64,000 nt of DNA from contig OZ024747.1 of NCBI GenBank assembly GCA_964016885.1, positions 88,350,001-88,414,000 on the forward strand, written 5' to 3'. The translations under genes were made by a program, and so were the position numbers. The stretch comes from Eledone cirrhosa. Lineage: Eukaryota. Positions within the stretch are counted from its first letter, which is position 1. The number at the start of each line of letters is the position of its first letter. The notes beneath the pieces were generated by a model. The model was not told where the DNA came from. It made no database searches and saw only the letters and a list, made by a program, of their open reading frames with translations. Positions 10,393-21,363 of this stretch are shown one piece after another.

Positions 10393-13052
10393 TTTTTTTG
10401 ACCGGCCACCTTCCTGGTGGCAAGGTTGTAAAAGAGAAGAAATTGTCATCCCTTGAATCGCAAAAATGTTTTGCAAATTTTGAAGGTGCCAGCTATCGCA
10501 GCCATTTGTAGACTATGAATTAGGGAGCTGCGCTCTTTATCCGCAAATCCAAGTTCAGTCATACTTTGGTCCAAGCGGGTTGGTATATAACCCGTAGCTC
10601 CAATAATGATGGGTGCTAAAGGTGTATCTTGGATACTGGATTTGTAAGCTCCTCATCAATGGTCCGTAGATGTCCTTCTTCTCCTGTATTTTTCTGACAA
10701 CGTATACATCAAGTGGGCAGCTGATCTCCACAACAGAACACGTTTTCAATGTGTGGTCCCAAACAACAATATCAGGCCGGTTGTGCTTTAATTTGGTGGC
10801 AGTTTTTATTTTCAGGTTCCACCAGTATTCCTTAGTGCCATCTGTTTCAATATATTCTTCCTGGTTTGTTGTTAATTTTGTTTTCTGAAGTGCGTTCCAG
10901 ATGGTTCTAGCTATCCCATCGTGTCTCATGGGGAGGTAGTAGCGAGATGACATTCTTTCACAGCTGGCAACAATGTGGCCTATATCCTCAATCTTTGTTT
11001 TACATAGCCTACATTTATTGTCAGCTGATGACCCTCTCCTTTTGTGCAGCAGATATTTGGTAGGGAGTTCTTGTTCCTGTATTGCATAGAGATATCCCTC
11101 AAGGTGTGATGTCATAAACTTGGAACTCCATGCCAGGCTTTCTGAGTGGTTTATCCCCTCTATGGTCTGTGTTTTACGTCTCAAGTATCCATGCACCACT
11201 TTTTCTGTAAATTGGTCAATTTTTTCATTTTGTTTGAACATTGAATAGGATCTTCCGATTTCTCTGGGTGAGAGATTTATATCAGGCTTTATTCCATATC
11301 TCTCCTCCAGATCAGTGGCTATTCTAATGATATTTTTTTTTCATGCTCATAAACCTGGGCAAGATGGTTGCCAACCTTTTTCCTCTGTTGAAGATGTTGC
11401 TTCAGTGTTACTATCCGGGTCTCATATGATGTTAATATGGATTTTAGACCCCGGCCACCTTCCTTGCGTGAGAAGTATAGCCTATCCACATCACCATTGA
11501 TGTTAAAGTTCCCAGTAACACTGAGAAGTTTGCGAGTTCTAACATCCATCTCACTTAGTTCTTGCAATGACCAGTTCAGTAGGCCAAATGTTGGCGTTAG
11601 AATTGGCACAGCATAAGTATTGTGGGCAATGTATTTGTTGTACGCTGACAGTTCTGATGACCATATTTCTTTTACTCTTCTGAGGTATTCAGTTCTGGTT
11701 CTCTCCTTATTTATGGGTCCATCATATCTGACATTCTCATCCTCTCCAAGATATCTGTAGTTGTCATCTGACTGTAGAGGTTGTATTGTCAGGCCGTTCA
11801 TCTCTAGATTTCTAGAGGAGGGCACAGCTCTTCCACGTTTTACTGCCAAATATGCACACTTGGACTCACCAAATTTCATTTTGATGTCTGTTGAAAATCG
11901 TGTAATGAGGTCCAGTTGTTTCTTGATGTCATTGATATTTGGCCCATACAATTTCAGGTCATCAACAAAGAAAAGATGGGAGATACTTCTGGACCCACTT
12001 CTTTGTCCACCTTTTTTCCTGAGTAGGTAAGATAGTGGATTTAGTGAGCGAACGAAGAGTAGCACTGACAAGCTATCACCCTGAAAGATGCTCTTCTGGT
12101 AATGTATCTTATCAGTCTTAACTTGCTCCTTCTCACCTCTAAGGATCAAATTGGTGTACCAGTTCTTGGTCAGACGTTCAACAGCAGCTACCAGTGGTTG
12201 TGGGACTTTGACTAGCTGTAAAGCCTTAACAATCCACCCATGAGGTACACTATCAAATGCTTATTGATAGTCCAGCCACACCACAGTCATGTTTCTGCGA
12301 TTCTTTGTTGTTTTTTCTTGAATCATTTTATTAGTTAGTAGGTGATCTATGCAACCCCACACCTCCCTCTTTCCACCAGCTTGCTCAGGTGTTATGATGT
12401 TGTTGGTAGCACAGTGATCCTGTAAGAATAGGTTAAGGCACCCAGTATATAATTTATACATGATGTTATGGCAGGCTATTGGGCGGTAATTTTTAGCAAG
12501 GGTGGTTTGGCTATTTTGGGGAATGAGAAGAGTAGTGGCAGTTGATAACCATCTGGGCAGTTCTTGTGTGCCTTTAATGGTTTCTGTAAACAGCCGTATG
12601 AGATCTTGCCGATAGAAAGTGAAATTCTTCAACCAGTATTCTGTAATGAGGTCTGGGCCTGGTGATTTCCTATTCGACATTTTCTGTAGAGCTGTTTCCA
12701 GTATTGACCCATCTATGTCATATTGTTTTGTTTAGACATGTTGGCAGTAGTCCTGTTCCAGTTCTTTTAGCCAATTAGTTTGTCTGTTGAATCCGTCATC
12801 CGTTTCCCATACAGATCTCCAGTAGCTCTCAACCTGTTCTTTTGAAGGGGTGTCATTTACAGAGATTGAGCTTTTGCCACCGAAGCTGCGATAAACTGAT
12901 TTAGGATCTCTGGCAAACAATCTATTTAGTACTTGTCGTTTATGTGCTGTTGACTTATATTTTAGTCTTTCTGTTGTAGCTGTGAGTTGTTGTTTCAACT
13001 GGTGTAATTTGGAGTTTAAAGTTTTGTATCTCCAAATCGTCTCTAACTTTTT
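10393..13052 (-). mobile_element. 5'-truncated, frameshifted R4/Dong-type RLE non-LTR retrotransposon
   Basis: Successive minus-strand ORF pieces: KSPGPD/NYRPIAC/WLDY, IFQGDSLS/FFVDDLKLY, YFSRKEGGRGL, CRLC..EDIGHIVASC, RHD, and NRPDIVVWD..VEISCP (PD..D-type nuclease). Stop near 10446, a 3' hairpin GCCACC/GGTGGC at 10405-10421 and a short A tail. Confidence 0.85.
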
Positions 13053-13128
13053 TTGTATGTATGTATGTATGTATGTATGTATGTATGTATGTATGTATGT
13101 ATGTATGTATGTATGTATGTATGTATGT

Positions 13129-13735
13129 CAGGTCACCAGTTGGTGCTACTGGTAACATGTATCCCAGTACAACCTGTCCCATGGTCGGGTCGTTGGCGAC
13201 TAAACTGGCAACCCCACCAAGGTTTCTTGGTGAGGAGGGTGACTTTGGACATCCTGCAGGACTAAAAACAAAACCTGTCAAAGGGCAAAGGAGCTCTTAA
13301 GAGTCAATGGCCATCCAAAATCACCGGGAGAGATGACCCCTTAGCCTTTGTCAAGGCAGAATTCTAGGAGAAGGAAAACTCTGATATAACACCTGCAACC
13401 CTGATGGTATCCAATGATGTTGACTTGTTCTTCTTTTTGGTAAATATCATCTTGGTTAAGAGAGTGGGACTGGCTTTGTGCAGTGCCTTTGCTCACTATA
13501 AAAGCTTCACGGCACAGGCATTGCTTTATATCTGGAGATCTCTCTGCACTTGTCGTCACATGGTACCATGGGCCCAGCACTATGTGTCAGTAATTGTCAC
13601 AAGTGTAGTGTTTGTACCAGAGTATTCAAGTCGCTGGCTGGACTAAAAAGTCACACTTGTTCAGCGCATCGGTAGGGGTTCTCCTACATGGATATAAAGT
13701 AGTGGCCGTACTCGAAAACGAGTTGGCAGCCACCA
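13129..13735 (+). mobile_element. Non-autonomous RTE-derived element, family A (longest copy)
   Basis: Near-identical to 35545-35950 and 55271-55814. Its 3' part encodes [19 protein letters not shown], like the RTE ORF end, and it ends in a ctcg-aaaa-cgag stem-loop. Flanked by (TATG)n. Confidence 0.85.
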
Positions 13736-14156
13736 TGTATGTATGTATGTATGTATGTATGTATGCATGCATGCATGTATGTATGCATGCATGTATGTAT
13801 GCATGTATTTATGTATGTATGCATGCATATATGTATGTTCTGGTTTTATAATTTTATAGATTTTTACCAATAGAGAGAGAATGTTTCTAACATAGACACA
13901 AGACTCTCTCATTCGGATTTAAACAACAACTAGGTAGATATGCATGCATGTCTGACTGCATGCATGTGTGTGCAGGTATGAATGTTATTGTATATGTGGA
14001 TGTGAATGCTGTGAGTTATATGTGTGCATATGCATATGTTTTGTATCTGTACATGTGTACATGTAGTTATTAGATGCAGAATTTTTTGAATGTTTTACAT
14101 ATTTGTTTGTATGTATGTATGTATGTATGTATGTATGTATGTATGTATGTATGTAT

Positions 14157-15145
14157 GGAGCGTTTCCATCAGATGTGTCTCAGACGGATCCATGGCGTTC
14201 ACTGGAGGGACCACATCAGTGATGTCGAGATTTTGGAAAGCTCTATGTGTGACAGTATAGAAGCTCTTGTATTTAAGCAACGACTCCGTTGGAGTGGTCA
14301 CCTTGCCAGGATGAAGGATTCTAGAATACCAAAACAACTCTTTTATGGAGAGTTGGTTAAAGGAAAACGACCGCCACATAAACCAAAAAAGAGGTATAAG
14401 GATTCCTTGAAAGCCTCTCTGAAAGACGCTAACATCTCTGCTGATACATGGGAGAATATTGCTGCTGATCGTAATAAATGGAGAAAGACTGTATATGAGG
14501 GAAAAGTTGCCTTTGAGGCATCTCGAATCGCATACGAGAAAGTAAAGCGGGATGTGAGGAAGGGCATTGCTGTTGCACTTCCAGACGGCGAAGGTCCTCC
14601 TATGGTGCTGACATGCAGCGTATGTGCGAGACTCTGCCTAAGCAAAGCTGGACTCGAAAGTCATCTTCGCAGTCATAAAGTAAGACCAGTGGTTGACTAC
14701 CAGGCTGCTGTTGGAGATGCTACTCATCATGCTTGCCAAACATGTGGTAGAGAATGTAAATCAGCAGGAGGGCTCAAGCGACATGCAAAAGTACACGAAC
14801 TCCAACCACAGCCGACTATTCCCAGTGAATGTTTTGGTTGCCGACTCTGCGCAAGACATTTTAGATCATTGGCTGGGCTAAAAAGCCACATTCGATTGCA
14901 GCGCTGTTAGTTGCTATCGCGCGTGTGTGTGTGTGTAGATATGCTTATGTGTGTGCGTGTGTGTGTATATATATATGTATATTATTATTGTTGTTGTCGT
15001 TATTATTATTGTTGTTATTATTATTATTATTATTATTATTGTTATTAATGTATGTGTGTATATGTGTGTGAGTGTGTGTATGTGTGTATATGTGTATGTA
15101 TATGTATATATACATATATATATATATTTCTTTTTTTTTTTTTTA

Positions 15146-15177
<32 letters not shown>

Positions 15178-15230
15178 TTTTCTTTCTCCTCGTGCAATGG
15201 CCATACTCGATAACGAGGGGGCAGCCATCA
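14157..15230 (+). mobile_element. 5'-truncated RTE-clade LINE including a microsatellite-rich 3' UTR
   Basis: ORF end, then a GT/TTA-rich UTR, then terminal gtgcaatggccatactcgataacgagggggcagccatca followed by (TGTA)n. Confidence 0.8.
14158..14910 (+). pseudogene. C-terminal part of an RTE-clade LINE ORF with three zinc-finger-like motifs
   Basis: ERFHQMCLRRI, RLRWSGHLARM, RIPKQLFYGEL and WENIAADRNKWR. Then CSVC..GLESHLRSH, CQTC..GLKRHAKVH and CRLC..GLKSHIRLQRC. 5'-truncated at (TATG)n. Confidence 0.85.
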
Positions 15231-15342
15231 TGTATGTATGTATGTATGTATATCAGTCAGCTGAGGCAATTAAGCTGAAAATTCAAAGTTTAATGTTCGA
15301 ATCTTTAAACTACTATGGGATTTTAAACACACACACACACAC

Positions 15343-15405
<63 letters not shown>

Positions 15406-15661
15406 AGTGTGTGTATGAAGTGTTGACCGTGTGAGGACCAGGAAGACCACAATAAATCACGGTAATACTTGACACACGATGTGTTGTAGAGTAGGCGTAG
15501 TTAAACGGTATGGTCCCAGTGGAAAGCTTCTCCATGTCAGTTTGATTACTTCAAGTTTGTATATGTATCTGTTTTGTTTGAGAGAAGTAAATGTTGAAAC
15601 TAACGGGCTCTCCGGTGGGATCATACATGTTGACGATATATATATATGTATGTATGTATAT

Positions 15662-15714
<53 letters not shown>

Positions 15715-15829
15715 GGAAAAATAATATCCAGGATTTAAATTAAATCATTTAATTGATTGACGAACATTTCGATTAAAATAACAAGAATAGTCATTCCTGT
15801 TACATTAATTTCTTCATAATCTAATAAAT

Positions 15830-16119
15830 AATTGTTTCTACTTTAGGCACAAGGCCAGCAAATACCCAGTACATTACTGGTACTTTATTTTATCGACTCC
15901 GTAAGGATGAAAGGCAAAGTCAACCTCGACGGGATTTGAACTCAGACCATAAAGGGACGTAACCCTATGCTGGAAAGCAAGGTGTCCAACCCTCTACCGA
16001 TACTGCCAATTCACCCGCAATCTAATAAATAATTGTTTCTACTTTAGGCACAAGGCCAGCAATTACCCAGTGCATTACTGGTACTTCATTTTATCGACCC
16101 CGTAAGGATGAAAGGCAAA
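15830..16119 (-). mobile_element. Two tandem SINE family 1 copies (second partial)
   Basis: Family consensus repeated at about 15830-16017 and 16030-16119. Confidence 0.85.
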
Positions 16120-16290
16120 TATTACTATTTACTAATACATGTCCATGAGACACTCATAGAATTCCGAAAATGTGAACAAATGCAAATACTGCTGTTATGG
16201 CATAAGAACCTATGTGGCCTTTTGGACCAGACATACTTTTACAATAGACTTGTGCCTAAATCAGAAACCATTATTAGTATTAGTATTACA

Positions 16291-16462
16291 GGGCGATGAA
16301 TTGGCAGTATCGGTAGAGGGTCGGACGCCATGCTTTCCATCATAGTTACGTCCCTTTACGATCTGAGTTCAAATCCCGCCGAGGTTGACTTTGCTTTTCA
16401 TCAAAATAAAGTACCAGTAATGCACTGGGTAATTGCTGGCCTTGTGCCTAACGTAGAAACAA
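16291..16462 (+). mobile_element. tRNA-derived SINE family 1
   Basis: ttggcagtatcgg A-box and gagttcaaatccc B-box, with an internal deletion. Confidence 0.85.
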
Positions 16463-16490
16463 GTATTAGTATTATTATTAGTATTAGTAT

Positions 16491-17186
16491 TCTACAGGCA
16501 GGGAGGTGCCGTCAGCCGGGCATGTCCGAGATGCGCGCAGGGCGACGAAACCGTCCTGCACGCACTCGTCCAGTGTCCGAAAATTGCTGACTTGTGGGTT
16601 TATGTCGAACACCTGTTGTCGCGTGTAGGACGGATCCGGCTATCATCTGAGTCCATCGTGAGGATTGCCCCGCCCTCTTCCTTTAGCCGGGAAGGGCAGG
16701 CAGTTTTTATCTGTCTGGTGGCCATGGCGAAAGAGATAGTATGGTGGACACGTTTGAAAGGGCTGAAGACGAGCATTTACCTCTTCGGTGATGCCCTGAT
16801 TGACTTTTTCAAATTTCATTTGAAAAGGAAAATCAGGGTAGAGAGGGAAGTGCTCTCTTCCCAGCATTTTGTTGAAAGATGGGTGAGAGAAGCAAGTATG
16901 GCCCGAGTGAATGGGCCTACTCTGAGTATGTGTCTGTAAATTAAAGGTGGAAAACTGGGAGAGGGCACTTGCCCTGGTGGTCAGGGTCACTGTGGTCTTT
17001 TAATGGGCTTTCTCCACAAATGTCCCTCGGAAGTCTCCCCCCAATTGGGGAATTTTTCTTTGTTATTTTATTACATCCTCTGTTTTTTTTTTTACACGCA
17101 GAAATGCCCATTTGTACCATCCTGTATTGTCCTGTACTGTCCTTAATGTCTACTTTATGTAAACCCTTGTGGTTAATAAAGAAAAC
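16491..17186 (+). mobile_element. 3' fragment of a related Tx1 subfamily
   Basis: Encodes CPRCAQGDETVLHALVQC..LWVYVEHLLSRVGRIRL..AMAKEIVWWTRLKGL..ARVNGPTL, homologous to the ORF2 C-terminus. The 3' UTR has AATAAA at about 17176. Confidence 0.88.
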
Positions 17187-17414
17187 ATTATTAGTATTAG
17201 TATTATAATTAGTATAATTATTATTATTATTATTATTAGTTGAAACAACGGCAGCAGCACAGCAGCAGTAGTTTCATCATCATCATCATCATCATCATCT
17301 TTTTTTAACCCTATCTCATCTTCATAAACATTTTTCTGTAAACATATTTTGCCAATTTCTTCAGACATGGAGGAAGGAGATTTATAGCATGTTTCCAAAA
17401 TACATAGTCATAAT

Positions 17415-17530
<116 letters not shown>

Positions 17531-17859
17531 CTTGAACGAAAAAATACACACATCTTTATAGAATTGGTAGAATGCCAGAAATGTTGAAGAAGGGTGTAGT
17601 CGTTTGAACTGACTTTAATACTTTGCTCATATTCATTTTATAGACACATAAGGAATAAAAATATAGTTGTTCTCCCTTGAGAATTGAACTCAGAACCGAA
17701 ACTGAGTTAAGTATTTACTGATATACATGTTCTCCAATGTTCTAGTGTTTCTGACAGCAAACATGGTGAAGCCAAGTAAAACTATAAATAAAAGTATAAA
17801 ACGGGTATATATATATATATATATATTGGAAAATGTGTGTAATCCTTGGTACAGTTAGG

Positions 17860-18184
17860 TATATTAAGATAGGGGGGAAGAAAAAATGGCTTCACTTGTG
17901 CTTTCAACAAATTTATTTTCTTCACAAAATCCAAAAAGAATTTTTCTTAAAAAAAATTATTTTATAAATTAAGTTGTTGGTTGTTGGTTAGGTCTTAGGA
18001 GTTCTTGGTTAACGTAGGAGGTATTGTTTCGTTTTTAGTAAGACCTTTCACGCTGAGGTGCGGTTGTCCAACCAACAACTTAATTTATAAAATAATTTTT
18101 TTAAAGAAAAATTCTTTTTGGATTTTGTGAAGAAAATAAATTTGTTGAAAGCACAAGTGAAGCCCTTTTTTCTTCCCCCCTATC

Positions 18185-18192
<8 letters not shown>
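17860..18192. repeat. Fold-back inverted repeat (~124-bp arms) between (TA)n tracts, Penelope-like
   Basis: 17860-17983 is the near-exact reverse complement of 18069-18192. Confidence 0.85.
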
Positions 18193-18252
<60 letters not shown>

Positions 18253-18414
18253 CGTGTGTGTGTGTGTATTAAAATAACAGATTAAAGTTTAAGCAAAGAA
18301 TAGATGCTTTGACCCTTAACGGGATCTTCTGAAACTTTGGATATTAGTCTTAACATTTATTATTATTACTATATAACTCGCCCGTCTCCTCAATCTATCT
18401 TATTTCTCATTCTT

Positions 18415-18450
18415 TCTTCTGATGAAGGGCTAGCGTCCGAAACGTCAAGG
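18415..18450 (+). ncRNA. Minimal type I hammerhead ribozyme
   Basis: TCTT-CTGATGA-A-GGGC-TAGC-GTCC-GAAA-CG-TC^-AAGG. Intact core, stem II, ACGT palindromic stem III, GUC site and a 4-bp stem I. Confidence 0.7.
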
Positions 18451-18807
18451 CCCTCTTCCTGCTATATCAAGCGTTAACCTAATATATCCCTTCCATATAC
18501 TGTACTGATTTCTGTTTACCTTTTACACATATATATATAAGAAAAAAATGAGGAAGTTTCGTTCACATGTATAATAGTCATATTGTATTTTGACCTGTTA
18601 TGAAGAGGGTTGGCTCAAGGTCACCCATAGGAGTTACGGACCCCAGTCCATTATCGATCTGTTCTTCGGCCTAGCGATGTGACAAAAATCACTTACACTA
18701 TATATATATAAAGGAACGATCGACTTTCGTCAAATCGGACCGACGAAACAATGTTTCCGTTGGTCTTTCCAATTGCTAATACTATCTATCGGTCGCAACT
18801 CCAGGTA

Positions 18808-19136
<329 letters not shown>

Positions 19137-19365
19137 TGTCTGAGTTGTTAGAGAATGTATATATATATATATATATAGAGAATATATATATATATATAGG
19201 GGTAACAAATAATAGTTATATGCTGCTCACTTAGGTGTAGTCCAGTTATGGTATTCCAGGTAGTAGGTGATATCAGCTCTTGGCTTGGTTTGACTCAACA
19301 AGGCATTTTCATAGTGATGTTGCGAGTACGCTGTAATTCCTATGTTGTGAACACTTGGGGTAATA

Positions 19366-19686
19366 ATAAATCAGGGAAGAAGATTGACATGGTTTGCTAT
19401 ACAAAAAAGGTTTTTTATCTCATTGCTGACAATTGTTTCTCTGAACTGGTAGGTCTAGAGATCGCTATTCGCTTGTTTTCACGTTACTCGATCGCCAATA
19501 CAAAATTATAACCAGTCAGCTTTTCGGGGAATGGTTATAATGGTTATAATTTTGTATTGGCGATCGACTAACGTGAAAACAAGCGAATAGCGATCTCTAG
19601 ACCTACCAGTTCAGAGAAACAATTGTCAGCAATGAGATTAAAAACCTTTTTTGTATAGCAAACCATGTCAATCTTCTTTCCTGATT

Positions 19687-19689
<3 letters not shown>
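19366..19689. repeat. Fold-back inverted repeat (~148-bp arms) in a (TA)n-bounded island
   Basis: 19366-19514 pairs with 19541-19689. It contains the half-hammerhead GAAACAATTGTC and an atggttata duplication at the centre. Confidence 0.88.
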
Positions 19690-19720
<31 letters not shown>

Positions 19721-19760
19721 TAAATATACACGGGTGTGTATGATTGTGTCTAGAAGATTA

Positions 19761-20158
19761 TATTAATAAAAGGAATTCCAACTTTGTCTGATTTACTCGT
19801 TTTATTTACAATCCTTTAAAATTTATAATGGTATTAGAATGAAATAGTATGGTAGAATATTAAATGTTAAGTGTTAATTGAACAAGTACTTTCATGCTTT
19901 CGCAATCTTCAGGTTCATAATGTGTGATGACAGTCAAGTTTGCAATTTTCAACTGTCGAAATTTTCAACTGACAGTTGAAAATTGCAAACTTGACTGTCA
20001 CCACACATTGAAGATTGCGAAAGCATGAAAGTACTTGTTTCATAAAGTACTACATTTAATATTCTACCATACTATTTCATTCTAATACCATTATAAATTT
20101 TAAAGGATTGTAAATAAAACGAGTAAATCAGACAAAGTTGGAATTCCTTTTATTAATA
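19761..20158. repeat. Fold-back inverted repeat (~190-bp arms) carrying a hammerhead
   Basis: 19761-19957 pairs with 19971-20158. Confidence 0.9.
19879..19917 (-). ncRNA. Minimal type I hammerhead ribozyme
   Basis: Minus strand reads TGAAC-CTGAAGA-T-TGC-GAAA-GCA-T-GAAA-GTAC-TT^-GTTCA. 5-bp stem I, GNRA-capped stem II and palindromic stem III AGTACT. Confidence 0.75.
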
Positions 20159-20181
20159 CATATATATATATATTAATACAT

Positions 20182-20255
<74 letters not shown>

Positions 20256-20843
20256 GCCTCCAATCCGCTTCACAACTAAAAAGTGGCTCGTGGCTCAATT
20301 CGGTACCCTTCTTATCAACCGGTACCCTTCTTGATGACGTGTGCAGTCGCATTAGAATGGCCCAAGACATACAAAAATTGCATTAAAAATATCTAAAAAG
20401 TTATAAAAGATTTAAATATATATATATACATATATACGCATAAAGGATGTACTCGTATGTAAACCTAAACATATACATATATACGTATATATACACATAT
20501 ACACGCACACAGAAACACACACGCATATATATATCTTTAGCCTAAGAAAATACCTATATGCGTGTATAAATAATACATGCATATATTTATTTTTTTAATA
20601 TCTAATTGAGTTCTTCACACGAAAGGTTAAAATTATTGAAAGAATTAATTGACCCGCGTGCATATTATTTTATTTTTTTATGTTTTGCGATGACCTCCCC
20701 TTTCCGCTTGATGACGGTGTGAAATTTCTCATTCTGAGACTGCTGGAATTTCAAATTTGGCGGTCATTCGGACACGGAAGGGCACCATCGCTGAACATTA
20801 GATATCGGTAAGAAATTTTTTTTATATCGATGTTTGACGGGCA

Positions 20844-20963
20844 TCCACTGATGATTTATAAGTGCCCACTGCATATATTCCTACGGACTATGTGTAGGCT
20901 TCTACATAACCTGGACATATTTTCCCAATTTGTAGAAAACTTATAATGAAACAATTGTTTGGA
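20844..20963 (+). ncRNA. Type I hammerhead ribozyme with long stem II loop
   Basis: TCCA-CTGATGA-T-TTATAAGT...ACTTATAA-T-GAAA-CAATTG-TT^-TGGA. Confidence 0.75.
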
Positions 20964-21140
20964 AAGGGAGATGTATTTTAATTATGTCTCATATAAAATA
21001 ATACAACTGGCTATCCGCAAATTACATATAGTTAGCACCCCAAACGTAAAATTGGGATTATACTAAGGTATATCCTAATGTTTGTTGAGTGAGACGGAAG
21101 CCGGTCGGAGTATTGCTTAAAGCTTTCTCTGTTAATGTAT

Positions 21141-21178
<38 letters not shown>

Positions 21179-21363
21179 CATATAAATATACACATCGCCA
21201 CCATAACCATACACACATCGCCACCATAACCACAACAACTGCTACTACAGCTCTAAGTATTCCACCAATTTACAGATCCATGTCTGGTACATCATTTATA
21301 GACACCGAAAGGATAAAAGGCAAAGTTCACTTGGGCGGTATATATGCTAAATACCATAATAAC

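Noticed and set aside
13129-13215. HDV-like ribozyme at the 5' end of the RTE-derived element
   Set aside because: There are suggestive pieces (CCAGT/ACTGG, GTCG-TTGG-CGAC-TAA), and RTEs often carry such ribozymes. However, I could not build a consistent P1/P1.1/P3 double pseudoknot by hand.
14074-14157. N-terminus of the 278-aa ORF suggesting a stand-alone zinc-finger gene
   Set aside because: It is read-through of (TATG)n into a 5'-truncated RTE ORF.
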